Positions 1 to 13,669 of a stretch of 64,000 nt of DNA are shown here, in pieces. Source of the DNA: Chrysomallon squamiferum (lineage: Eukaryota; Animalia; Mollusca). The DNA lies in NCBI GenBank assembly GCA_012295275.1, contig CM022677.1, positions 5,146,001-5,210,000 of the forward strand. Reading direction: 5' to 3'. The notes beneath the pieces are model-generated. The model did not search any database. It was given only the letters and a program-made list of their open reading frames with translations, and was not told where the DNA came from. Position 1 is the first letter of the stretch; every line of letters starts with the position of its first letter. The position numbers and the translations under genes were made by a program.

Positions 1-364
1 GCCGTGGACGGGTTATCGTATGGGGAGGTGTATCTGTGACTGTCAGTACACCCAATCCATATTGTGCAAAGAAGAGACATCTCTGGGAAGTACTACCGAG
101 GCAAGCGGAACAAACGCTGTGAACTGACCACTGGGAGACTTGTGCGCAGTTTGCCTCCATTTTGTCCAACGATCTCCAGAAAACATTTTGCGATCAATCA
201 GTGGATTTTTGTTATTTCTGTCAAATGTATTGTTTACTGTTGTGATTAGAGTTTGACAATAAACACAGTTCTTCTAAACATGTATACAAATTAATTTAAT
301 TGAGATTCACACGATAAATGACATAATGGCTTTAACAAGGTCTGTATACAGTACTTTGTAACAG
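1..364 (+). mobile_element. Tc1/mariner transposase remnant, degenerate and cut by the gap
   Basis: Frameshifted translation RGRVIVWGGVSVTVSTP/IHIVQRRDISGKYYRG resembles the Tc1 DDE segment GGGSVMVWGGIS..GRTPLHIV.G.L....Y. Confidence 0.6.
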
Positions 365-564
365 NNNNNNNNNNNNNNNNNNNNNNNNNNNNNNNNNNNN
401 NNNNNNNNNNNNNNNNNNNNNNNNNNNNNNNNNNNNNNNNNNNNNNNNNNNNNNNNNNNNNNNNNNNNNNNNNNNNNNNNNNNNNNNNNNNNNNNNNNNN
501 NNNNNNNNNNNNNNNNNNNNNNNNNNNNNNNNNNNNNNNNNNNNNNNNNNNNNNNNNNNNNNNN
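365..564. other. Assembly gap (200 N)
   Basis: Run of 200 N. Confidence 1.
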
Positions 565-1045
565 ATAATAATAAAAGTCAACTATAAATATTACTTCTAA
601 TATTTGTATTAGTTATTACTACTACTCCAACGACAACTACTTCTACTACTAGCTACTATAATTACTACCACTACTAAGAAGAATTGTAATTAATTATGTG
701 TGAACAGTATGTCAGAAATAAACATCATAAAGAACAGTACGTATAAATAATCAACATCTAAACAAATAACACTGCAGTTAAATAAAATAACAAAAGAACG
801 ATCTTCAATATATGCTAAAGGGAAAATGCTAAAGTAATAAATAAAATAAAATAATCAAATTAAAACAATTCCTTCAGTTGAGTCAGGTTATCTAGAATAT
901 CTAGGAAATTTACACGACAGTCAGCCAAAGAGCCAATATTAAAATACCAGGATCGCTTAATAAACGATATTATTACTATTACTGTTTTATTATTATTACT
1001 TTTATGTTGTTGTTATTAAGCCTATTGTCCTTGTTGCTGATATTG

Positions 1046-1081
<36 letters not shown>

Positions 1082-1094
1082 ATTATTATTATTA

Positions 1095-1420
1095 ATGTAT
1101 GACGCATTATATAAAATGTTCTATTCACAGTTATGAAGAATGATATTTGACCCCCTCTCTCACTACTACGTACAAACAACAAAACTTAGTAACTGATATC
1201 TCAAAAACGTGACTAGATACTAAACTGGATAAAACACTGGGGATCTGTAAACTCGTCTTTTAAAGCCCAAAGTTACAAATCATATTTCGTCTTTTCCTCT
1301 CTATTCACGCTCGAGTTACTTGGATCTAGGGACTGATTCACAATAATCACAGAGGAGGGGAACAGGGCCGGTACTGAGGCTTCAGAATTTTTAGGATGAG
1401 GAACAAAACCATATATTATT
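1095..1420 (+). repeat. Upstream module copy 1 (~330 bp)
   Basis: tgtatgacgcatt...ctcgagtta...gggactgattcacaataatcacagaggagggg...gaggaacaaaaccatat recurs near-identically at 3951-4275 and partially at 4580-4740 and 44705-44790. Confidence 0.85.
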
Positions 1421-1559
1421 GTTTCATTTTGTTTTATTTTTATTTTATTTTTTTCAACTTGATTTCAGTTTCCTAATACTTCCTAACCTATAAGTAGACA
1501 GGTAGACAGATTTAAACATTGTGACGTCATCTTTCTAAAACAGATTACGGAACAAATCA

Positions 1560-1615
<56 letters not shown>

Positions 1616-2480
1616 AACAACAATATTAGTTGTTGCTGCAGCTGTAATAGCAGTATCTCCTTTTTATACACTAGAACGCAACAAACACAAGACACTTTTA
1701 AAACTGTATTCGCGCTATTGCCGAACATTCACTCTATCATTAAAGAATAACATAGATGGGTAACATTAACAGAAAATATACATATATATATATATAGATA
1801 TAAATATATAATTAGTTACCCAGAGCTTTCCACTCTTCTCCCCTAATAAATAATAATTTAAAACAATCTCGCTTCTTTTATAGAAAATATTCGATGATGA
1901 ACTCTTAAAAGTAGTTTTTAAAATGAGGAGTTTCAGAAGTATGGTTAGCATTTTGGTTAGGGTTGTGGTTAGGTTTAGGTTAGTCCAACTTATGTGCAGA
2001 TTTAAATGTCAGTTAACCTGAAGCGTGTCTTCATTCAGCACAAACTGATAATTTATAGATTTTTGGTAAAAGTAAATCAGTTCTGAAAGAGAACGTCGTT
2101 TTAAGAAAACCTTCGAAATATTTTTTTTAAATGTTTTGTTTAATATGTAAATGTATATTTGTTAAATTGGCTTGTAAAAAACCCACCAATCAAACAAATA
2201 ATAAATAAACAAATAAATCAATAAATAAATGAATTAATAGAAAAACAGACAATACGTATGATTTGTGAAGCTGTATCTGGTGAAATAATATCGCGATCTG
2301 AAACTAATATCTTTGTATAACAGGAACACTTCGCTGTAGTTACATCATGGCTGGCCTCGTTGTGAGTAGTAGTTCCGTCTAGATATTCAGATAGACGACA
2401 ATGGGATGTTGGCTACACTTTAGTTTACAATGGCAGTCAACTAACATGTTGTCGTAGAAAGCTAGATCGCATGACGTAAC

Positions 2481-2515
<35 letters not shown>

Positions 2516-2917
2516 TAATAATAATAGTAATAGTAATACTAAGTAGTAGTAAAAGAACTATAATTACTATTACTTTTGTTTGTATATGTCTATGTTTGTG
2601 TTGTGTGTATGTGTGTATTGTGCGTGTATCTGTTTCTGCGTGTTGTGCTTGTATGTGTATATGTGTATGTGTAACTTAAAACATCTTCCTTTTCGCTCGA
2701 GTATGTTATTCATCGTGATAATGATGTATTTAATAAAGACCCCAAACTATAAAAAGAAAAAAAAAACATAAATAAATAATATATAATTAATGTTATATAT
2801 ATATTACATAATTATAAACAAAGACACATACACACACGTATGTTAAAAAATATGTTTATTTCTTTCTTTTCTTAGATGAAAAGGGTCTCTTTATATCTTT
2901 TATTTGTAGGTTAGGAT

Positions 2918-3530
2918 TTATATGGACTGAGCGAGATAAATATTAGTACATAAATTTGATTCATCTTATGTTAATATATGAACTTATTTTCCGCTATTAG
3001 ATCAGGAAATAATATATTAATCTGTTTATAAACTAAATAATTCAGTACATTATGATACATATTTCATTAGCTGACTAATCTAAACACATACTATTTGTTT
3101 CCATGCATGAATGAGAGAGAGCAATTCTTAAGTGTTTGAAAATGTCATGTTCATTCAAGTGCACAAAGGAGTGTCACGTTTATTAAAATTATCACAAATA
3201 CACGCAAACTACAAGTAATATTGTAAATTTGAAACATTTAAAAAATGTATTATTTTAATAACAGATATATATATATATGTATATATATGTGTGCGGATAG
3301 ATATCCTGAGTTTCATTCGCACACTTTATTTATATATCTTACGAAAAGACCTGAAACCGCCAGTTCACTATTCAAGTTTAAACCAAATTTAATTTTGGCG
3401 GCTAATTGTATTATCTTTCGCCATCCTTCTACAAAACTGTTGCTATGTTCATTATTACCACATGTGTGATTAATGAACTGCACTATATTAAGGTAGTTGT
3501 AACTTTTACTGCTGTTTATTTTACCACCAG
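2918..3530 (+). repeat. Orphan duplicate of the TRIM promoter/first non-coding exon block
   Basis: tatggactgagcgagataa... and cttacgaaa..gaaaccgccagttcactattcaagtttaaac...aag|gtagttg match 5307-5400 and 6170-6410. Confidence 0.8.
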
Positions 3531-3950
3531 AATTTCAGAGACAGGAACAATAAACATTAGCGCATGATGTTAGTGATCATCAACATGTGACTTTTATGTA
3601 GTGTACAGAATTCGCAGTGCATATCATGCTTAGTTATAAGAGGCACTGTTTTTTATTATTTTATTTTTATTTTTATTTTTGTTATTTGTTTATTTTTTGT
3701 GTTTTTTTGTGTTTGTTTATTTGCTGTTGTTTATTTATTTATTTTTTATTTTCATTTTACAGATTATTTCTGTAAGGCGTTATTATCATTGTTGTTGGTT
3801 TTATGTCGTTGATGTTACTGTTTATACTGTTATTGTATTATTTCTTTATGGTTGTTGTTATTACTATTACTGTTATTATTATAATTATTATTATTATTAA
3901 TCCTATTCTTGTTGCTGCTGCTGTTGTTGTTATTATTACTACTACTACTA

Positions 3951-4275
3951 CTGTATGACGCATTGTATAAAATGTTCTATTCACAGATATGAAGGATGAT
4001 CTTTGACCCCCCTCTCTCATTACTACGTACAAACAACAAAACATAGCAACTGATATCTCAATAACGTGACTAGATACTAAACTGGATACCTCAGTGATAT
4101 CTGTAAACTCGTCTTTTAAAGCCCAAAGTTACAAGTCATATTTCGTCTTTTCTTCTCTATGCACGCTCGAGTTAGTTGGAGCAAGGGACTGATTCACAAT
4201 AATCACAGAGGAGGGGAATAGGGCCGGTACTGAGGCTTCAGTGTTTTTAGGATGAGGAACAAAACCATATATTTT
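3951..4275 (+). repeat. Upstream module copy 2
   Basis: Direct repeat of 1095-1420. Confidence 0.85.
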
Positions 4276-4982
4276 TGTTGTATTTTGTTTGTTATTTCTT
4301 TCTTTCTTTATTTATTTATTTATTATGTTTATTTTGATTTCAGTTTACATATATGGCAGCTAAATGTATTATCCTGTATATATATATATATATATATATA
4401 TATCCTGTCTTATTCATACGTGCAAACAACGAACAAATATGTAAAGGAATACACAGAAATGAATAAATAAATACAAACATAAATATATAAATAAATAATT
4501 AAATAAATAAATAATGAATACAGAAGTAAGATCAAGAGAACTTGTAGGTTAAAGAAAACAAAAGGAATACTCGAGAAGAGAAACGTGACTACCTGACTAG
4601 AGATCTTAGACACGAGTTGTAAATCTGATGTTAGAGTTTTCGTTTTGTCTTTTGTTTACTGTGCACGTTCAAGTTAGTTTAAACAAGGGACTGATTCACA
4701 TAACCTAAGAGGGCGATAGGGGCGGTATTGAGATTTGTAGAAATTAATGGTGACAAATAAAATTGAGAAAGATAGTTGGACACACAGACACATAGACAGA
4801 GATCCAACAGCAACATTGAAAACATTATAATGTTAAATGGTTTGATATTTACTTGTTATTTAATGCTATTTATTTCAATAATATTGCAAATGTTTTTGTT
4901 TGTTTGTTTGTTTGGTTTTTATTTATTTATTTAGAAAAGAATTATATTCTTTGGGGTGTAGTGTTTTGTTTTTGCCTCCGCT

Positions 4983-5877
<895 letters not shown>

Positions 5878-6279
5878 ATATTAATCTTTGTTATTAAAAT
5901 AATAAATATTTTAAATGTTTCAAATTTACAATATTACTTGTAGTTTGCGTGTATTTGTGATAATTTTAATAAACGTGACATTCCTTTGTGCATTTGAATG
6001 AACATGACATTGTCAAACACTTAAGAAATGCTCTCTCTCATTCATGCATGGAAACAAATAGTATGTGTTTAGATCAGTTAGCTAATGAAATATGTATCAT
6101 AATATACTGAATTATTTAGTTTATAAACCATATATTTATATATGTGTGTGTGTGTGTGTGTGTGTTCTGATTTTTATTCGTACAGTTTACTTATATATCT
6201 TACGAAAGACTTGAAACCGCCAGTTCACTATTCAAGTTTAAACACGATAAAATTTTGGCGGCTAAATGTATTATTTTTC

Positions 6280-6633
6280 TCCGACCTTCTACAAACCAGT
6301 GGCTGTGTCTATTATTACCACAGGTGTGATAGACTGTAACACGCATTTTAAAAATTAATGAACTGCTCTAACTATCTTAAGGTAGTTGTTACTTTTACTG
6401 CTGTTTACTTTAAGAAAAGCATTTAAAACGAACACGATTATTTTTTTTTTCAGAAGAAACAAAAGTGTTCTAGAAAATTTCAAAGCGTCCACCCCTTTAT
6501 TGAAATTGGTATATTCCACTCACCGAGTGACGTCTGTCAAACAAAACCGGCTTGTCCGCCAGCAAACTGACATTGCAGACGAATAGAAGAGAACTGTTTG
6601 CAGGTGTTAACATTTTCATTTCTTAAGACAAAG
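6280..6633 (+). promoter_or_regulatory. Probable 5' non-coding exons of the TRIM-like gene
   Basis: Donor-like aag|gtagtt (6381), acceptor tttttcag (6453), strong donor aaag|gtaaga (6634); homologous sequence precedes the paralog at ~41235-41575. Confidence 0.5.
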
Positions 6634-7572
6634 GTAAGAAGATTTATTATTATTATTATTATTATTTATGTTTTTTTTTGTTTTGTTTTTGCTGTTGTTG
6701 GTCTTGTTATTTCGTTAGTGTAAGATATTATAAAATAAAACAGTAATCTAGGTTATTTTCATACCAAATTTCTGTACAAAATTGTTTAGTGTTAGAGTGG
6801 AGGGTGTGCCTCAGTGGTCAGAGAAAAGTAGTGTCTGGCGATGTGTTGTCGCATTTATCTTTCTCGATTACTTTATCAGTGAATGAAGCCATTTAACTGC
6901 AGATTAAATATTTGTTGAGTTCGACGTTAATAAAATAATGTTCAGCAGCAATCAGAAATTCATTCGTTTACTATGAAATGTTTCGTTGTTATTACACTGA
7001 ATACATTACTTCTGTGAATGTCACGTTTCTTTCATTGTCTGCATTCGAGTTTTACCATGAAAATGTGTGAGCTTGGGTACGTAGCATAGGCCGAAATAGT
7101 GATGTGCGAAATTACCTTGCAGCATTCATTTGCACGTCACAAATGTTTATTTATTTATTTATTTATTTATTTCATGCATTGTTTCATATAACGTATTACA
7201 GAAGAACTGTCGTTTTTCTTCTCAAACTTACGTCACAAGGTTGAGTTTAGCATGTTTGTAAGTCACTTTAATAGTTCTTTTACTTTTTTTACAAACAAAA
7301 TAAATTTAATAAATGAATGAATAAATTAGTAGCTTAAATAGCATATTTATAATTTTATAATTAAATTCGCACGTTTATTTATTTATTTTATCCTTTCATT
7401 TATTTATTTATTTGTATATTCCGTTGGCCCTTTGAAGTAAACGGAATTGATACTTTATTTTTATTTTGTGTGTGAATTTTTTCTTTACTTTTATTTGTTT
7501 GTGGTTTTGATTCAAAAATCTGTAATTTTGACCTCCACTGCTATTCTTGTTATCTCTTATTGTTATTTATTT

Positions 7573-7608
<36 letters not shown>

Positions 7609-7738
7609 TAGTTACATTTTTCTTTCTCTGTATTTTCCTTTTTATCTTCTGTGATTCTTCTATGTTGTTGCTGTTGTTATTATTGTTATTTATTTATTTA
7701 TTTATTTATTATTATTATTGTTATTGTTATTCACAGAT

Positions 7739-8024
7739 ATGGCAACAGCTGCAAACTCTGATGATAATCTTTCGTGCTGCATTTGTGCCGAACTTTTCAA
7801 GAAGCCGCGAATATTATATTGTGGACATTCGTTCTGCAGCAAATGCCTGCAGGACTATATAAGACACAATTACAACAACAACGACGAAAAAATCACCTGC
7901 CCGTTCTGCAGGCAGGATGTCCACATCCCAGACAGCTCGAAAGCAGTGTATACATGGGCAGATCAATTCCCTATAAACCTTTCACTAAAGAACGCCGCTA
8001 ATGATCGGCTACAATCAAAGTATT
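7739..8024 (+). CDS. TRIM-like E3 ubiquitin ligase, coding exon 1 (C3HC4 RING)
   Basis: Acceptor tcacag|at, ATG at 7739; CCICAELFKKPRILYCGHSFCSKCL...CPFCR followed by FPINLSL; phase-1 donor T|gtgagt at 8025. Confidence 0.9.
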
Positions 8025-8292
8025 GTGAGTCAGCAGTGTTGTGTTTAGATTCGTTACAATAAAATACTAAAAAAAGAAAAAATTTAGTGCTTGTTTAACT
8101 AAAGATATTAACCATCACAAGCTAAAGAAATAGAGGAAACTTTATTTATGACATTTTTCTACTCAGATTTTTAAAGTAGTTGATCAAATAAATTCTAGAA
8201 CTTCACATTGTAGGCATTCCTTTATTAATAATAGTAGTTCTAGTTAATTAATTAATTGACTGATTGATTATGTATTTATTTTTTTATTTCAG

Positions 8293-9617
8293 CTAAAAAG
8301 GGAGTTCACATGTCACTTCTGAGTTCTGTTTCTGAAAGTCTCAAAAACTTTAAAGAAATTCTTCAGACAGAGATGGATAATATGATTGAGCGACTTCGCC
8401 AAGCCGTCGACATCAACGTCGTGGACACTGCAGAAGAGGTCAGAAGGATTGGTAACACACTAATCACAGATTTTACTGCCGCAGTCCACAAAGAACAAGA
8501 CAGGTTAATAAGAGAAATAGAAAAATCTCAGAACTTTGTAAACTCAGAAATAGACAAATTATTCAATGAACACAAACATCTGATTCAGGGAAACGAAAAA
8601 ATGATAAGATTGGGGGAAGATTTGCTGACAAGAAAATCAGAGTCAGATATAAAAATTAACATTTCAAAATTCACCAAACTTCAAAACAGAACTTCCGAGT
8701 TTCTGTTCAAATCTCGTTCCCAAATAGAAAAAGCAAAGTTTAAAATAAATCTGATAAAATCTGACAAAAAGTCAGAAATGTCAGTCCACATTGGAGAAAT
8801 ATCGACAATCATCCAAACAGACACACTCAAACACACAGACACCATTAACACAAAAACACTAGAAGATAAATTAAATCCTTGTCTGATTTCCCTGCTGGTG
8901 TCAGGTGCAGACAAAAGTAAAATTGTTGTTAGTGATTGTTACAATGAATGTGTAAAATGTTTTTGTTTAGAAAGAAAATCACTGATAAAAAGATACGAAA
9001 CTTCCTCAACACCATTCGGTCTTGCTGAAGCACGTGATCAGCGGGGTGATGTTGTTGTTGTTGTTGCTCTGCCAGATGAAAGTCAAATATTGTTTTTAAG
9101 TTTGAAAAACTTCATACTGACAAAAACACTTAAAACTGTTAAAGGGTATCAGTTTATCGCTGTGTTACCTAGCAACCGTCTCGCGGTCACTCAGTACTTT
9201 GGTCAGTACTTGGACATACTGACAGACAGTGGTCAGCTCATTAATTCTATCTCAACAGATTTGATCCCCAGACCGTCACGTCTCACAGTTCACGGTCAAT
9301 GTCTGATTGTTGTGTCAAATGGAAACAGTGTAGTTTGTGTGACGTCATCAGGTGACGTCAAATGGAAGTCACGTGATTCAGACAAACTGAGAGAGTTGAA
9401 AGGTGTTACATGTGACAGGGACGGAAATATTTTTGTTTGTGACTGGTTTAGACATTGTGTTGTTCAATTGTCACGAAATGGTAACATTACACGTGACATC
9501 CTCACTAACCAGAATGGACTGTTTAGACCTTTCTCTGTCTGTTGTGATAACAACAAACTCTACGTGGGAGAGTACGACACTGGAGAAATAAAGATATTTA
9601 CATGGTGTAAAAAGTAA
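8293..9617 (+). CDS. TRIM-like E3 ligase, coding exon 2 (coiled coil plus NHL/6-bladed beta-propeller-like domain); spliced product 536 aa
   Basis: Acceptor ttatttcag| joins exon 1 in frame (T|CT AAA AAG); helical region, then NHL-type blades (PFGLA, LKGVTCDRDGNIFVCDWFRHCVVQL, GLFRPFSVCCDNNKLYVGE); stop 9617; AATAAA at 9706. Confidence 0.9.
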
Positions 9618-9919
9618 ACTTCAACCTGTCTGCTAAGTTAGTTTCACTTTAACTGTTTTGAAGTTGAAAGTCCACAGACATTTCTTTCTTTACATGAAAT
9701 TGATAAATAAACAGCCAATTAGTTATATTATTTATTTACTTATTAATTTAGTTAATTAAGTAATTAATTTAGTTACTTTGTTTAATTTCATCGTTTTTTA
9801 TTAAAAATAATAACTAAATCATTAATTCATTATTTTTTTAAATTATGATTATTATTCTTAAAGTCTCGTTTAAAAATACTAAATTGTGATTTACTTTTAA
9901 AATTTGCACCCAGTTTTGT

Positions 9920-10088
<169 letters not shown>

Positions 10089-10647
10089 TCCATCAAAAAA
10101 AAAATAGAAGAAACAGCTGCACGAACAAAATTTGTTTTTGTTTTTGCTTTTGGTTGGATATAGTTAGAAATTAAAGTGAAAAACAGAGCTAGAAGTTGCA
10201 TCACTGTATTTCAAACTGAATGTGCAGCCCAGTTAACAAAATGTTCAGCATAATCAAAACAGTCTTAAATTCCACCAAAACGTTAGACAAATTTGGACTG
10301 TTGACATCTGCAGTTTTTGAATCAAATGGTTGTTAGAATGAGCAAAAATAAATATCAGATTTGTGGTTATTAATAACTTAATTTTCACTACTAACAGATT
10401 TTGTAAACAAATATTTGATTATTGTTACTTCACTTAATATTTTATCAAGAGAGAATAAAAAGTACAACTCACACCAGCTATCTCTAGAGAGAATTCATTT
10501 AAATTATGTAAAATAAAGTATTATTTTTATTTTATTATAATTATTATCTTTTTAATTATTATTATTAGTTATTACAATTATTACAATTATTATTGTTGTT
10601 CTTATTATTATGGTCATTGTATTATTATTATTGTTATTGTATTATTA

Positions 10648-10690
<43 letters not shown>

Positions 10691-10999
10691 TCACTTGGTT
10701 TCTTCACTTGAAAATAAAACTAAACAATGTTCTTAGCTGAAATAGATGAGCTTTTTTATTGCATACAAAGTAACATTAAACATGATAATGCCCATTTAAC
10801 AATTTGTAAACTTTACCATCATGATCATATCTGTTTATCATAAAGTAACTATTCACACCACCCCACAAAAACATTTACATGTTATTTCAGATTCACTATG
10901 TGGATTTACAATGTCTTTGTGTACGTTTTTACTGATCTAGGTTGCCAAATGGGAAATTTAATTAAATTTAAATACATTATAGGTCACCAAATGAGAAAT

Positions 11000-11492
11000 T
11001 TATGTCCCTTACGTGAGATGTACTCACTAAGCAAAGTTAAAATTACATCGAGTAGAGTTATCTGCCTTTTGTGATATGTGTTCACAAACATAGATTAGAA
11101 TTATGTGCCTTACGTGAGATGTACTCACTAAGGTTACTACGCTAATTATCCGTACGGGATAAATGGAATCTCTCAAAATGCCGCACACCCGAGATTCGAT
11201 ACATAAGCCGCGACTTGTCACCGGACTGGGAGAGGTGTACTCCGCGAAATAAAAATTATATCGATTAGAGTTGTTTCCCTTTAGTGATATGTGTTTACAC
11301 ACATACATAATGACCCTTACGTGAGATGTACTCACTAAGATACTAGAGTTATCTCCCGTTAGTGATATGTGTTCACAAATAGATTAGAGTTTTGTCCCTT
11401 ACGTGAGATGTACTCACTAAGCAAAGTAAAAATTATATCGATTAGTTATCTCCCTTTAGTGACATGTGTTCAGAAAAATAGATTAGAGTATA
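11000..11492. mobile_element. Non-autonomous repeat element with internal tandem units (Helitron/Helentron-like or satellite-bearing MITE)
   Basis: ccttacgtgagatgtactcactaag at ~11007, 11108, 11314, 11397; (a)gagttatctccc-type motifs; short hairpin ttatcc-gtacg-ggataa at 11145-11162. Confidence 0.55.
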
Positions 11493-13540
11493 TCACCACA
11501 GAAACTGAGGCCAATGCCGTTCTCCGGCAAAATGCGCAAATTGCCAGGGTCCACACACATCACATTACAAAATGTGACCAGCCAAAATTAAAGCGAGCAA
11601 CAACTTTGAACAAACCAGAAGAGAAAACAAAATTTTACAAAATGTCAACAAAAAATGCCAGAAAATCGAACAAAAAACCAAAACCATCATTAAAAAAATT
11701 GATCAACACAACAACAAACCAAAAGACAATCTGGACAAGGAGGTCAGAATTGCAGAAATCCACGAAATTATTGTCTACCCCCTGATAGAACTTCAACACA
11801 TCAGAAACAACCAAGGAAACATCACTGACGACTCCAATTTGGAGCACACAGTAGCCAAATAATTGAAGACAGCTTGGGCTTCAACCATTTACACACTCTT
11901 CACGACAAGCACATCAATAACACAGTCTTCTCCACTCTTCAAATGCTAAAGGCCTCCACTCAGCAGGCCACGGAGACGAACTCGTACACTTCATGGCCTC
12001 CACTAGAAACAAACCAGACGTAATGTGCATACAAGCAACATGGCTAGGACATTACAACAAAAGCTTTTAACGTCCCTGGTGGAAGGCATCATGACACTCG
12101 TCAAACAAGACATTCCACACACCAAGCTGAACTAAGGCAAAGTCCACGACAACATACAAATATTAAGCATCACAATACACAACAACAATCAAAACATCGA
12201 CATAATTAACATATACAGCCCACCCACTACACACCATGCAAACCCACGACTTAAACAAAATGATGACAACAAACAACAAGATCATTACAGTGGGCGATTT
12301 CAACTGTCACAACACCTTATGGGGTGGCTCGACAGACGACAGTCGTGGAATCGTCCTTAAAAATTTCATAGAGCAAACCCAGCTGGTCTGTCACATACAC
12401 TAGCAACATCAGTGGTGGTCAATCCGCCATTGATCTAACATTCACAAAGTAAGGACATCACAGTGCTCTGCGAATGGTAACTGTTCAATCAACTAAACAG
12501 CGACCATCACCAAATACTCACCAACTACAACAGCAAGAACACTTTCTCGGACAGATCCATTTTCACATCCAAATGGAACTTCAAGAAAGCGGGATTGGAT
12601 GGCTTCAGCAAAACTTTCGCCAAGTCCAGCACCAACTCAAACTTCCCACTGAAATTCACAAAGAAACCATTGGACAACCTAACAATAGACGAATATTCTG
12701 CAGACACAGAACACATGTAATACAATCAACGCTTCAACATCAACGAATTAAAACATGTCCTCAAAAACAAGAAAAGTACAGCCACGGGGCCAGATAAAAT
12801 AAGCTACACAATACTACAACACCTACCAGATAAAACATTACTCATTGTACTCGATCTCTACAACACAATATGGACTGCAGATAAGATTCCAACAAACTGG
12901 AAACACGCCGAATGTTTCAGCTTGCCCAAACCACACAAAGATCACTTACTACCCAACAGCTACAGGCCGATCACACTGACGTCATGCATGCAAAACACTG
13001 GAAACAATGATCAACAACAATTTAATCAGCAAATATCAAAGAAAGAAACACAGCACAAACAACCAGATCACCTGTCTGCAAACATCAATCAACCAATCTT
13101 TTAGGAAATCAAAAAGTGATCACAGTATTCCTAGACATTGATAAAGCATTCGACATGGTATGGAGGGAAGGACTGCTCGTCAAATTAATTAACACAACAT
13201 CAAAGGCAACATGTTCAACTTCATTAAAGACTTCATCAACGACAGATCCATAGCAGTGAAAGTGAACAGTCACACCTCAGAGAAAATGAAAATCGACAAC
13301 AGCATCCCACAAGGATCCGTGATCTCACCAACATTCTTCAGCATCTACATCAACAACATCATCACAGCACTCGACAAAAAAGACAAGGCCAAAAATCCAC
13401 CAACCGAACCAATAAACACAGCACTCTTTGCAGACGACTGCAAAAACACCTAAACAACATAAATGACTGGGCGTTGAAATGGGGCATAAAAATTTCTCTT
13501 TCCAAAACGACATGCCTCCTTTTCAACAACAGATAACAAC
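11493..13540 (+). mobile_element. Degenerate LINE (I/Jockey group), APE endonuclease plus RT, 3' truncated
   Basis: EN motifs DVMCIQ.TWL, NIYSPP, VGDFNCHNTLWG, SAIDLTF, SDHHQI; RT motifs ATGPDKISY, YRPITLTS, FLDIDKAFDMVWREGLL, IPQGSVISP, LFADD; many stops and frameshifts. Confidence 0.92.
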
Positions 13541-13669
13541 AATTTCTCTAGTAGAGGTTACTAGCTTAATCTTTATTTTATTTTGCTTATTTATTAAATT
13601 ATTTATAATAATTTAATAAATAAGCAAAATAAAATAAAGATTAAGCTAGTAACCTCTACTAGAGAAATT
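13541..13669. repeat. Perfect palindrome, 63-bp arms with 3-nt loop
   Basis: 13541-13603 is the exact reverse complement of 13607-13669. Confidence 0.95.

Noticed and set aside
1463-1473. ISRE-like TTTCAGTTTCC upstream of the TRIM gene
   Set aside because: Expected by chance in AT-rich DNA and not fully conserved in the duplicate (tttcagtttac at ~4338)
1953-1985. Telomere-like ttaggg/ttagg stretch
   Set aside because: Only a few degenerate units; too short to call an interstitial telomere
6800-6850. tRNA/SINE A-box-like tgcctcagtggtcagag
   Set aside because: No B-box or cloverleaf discernible
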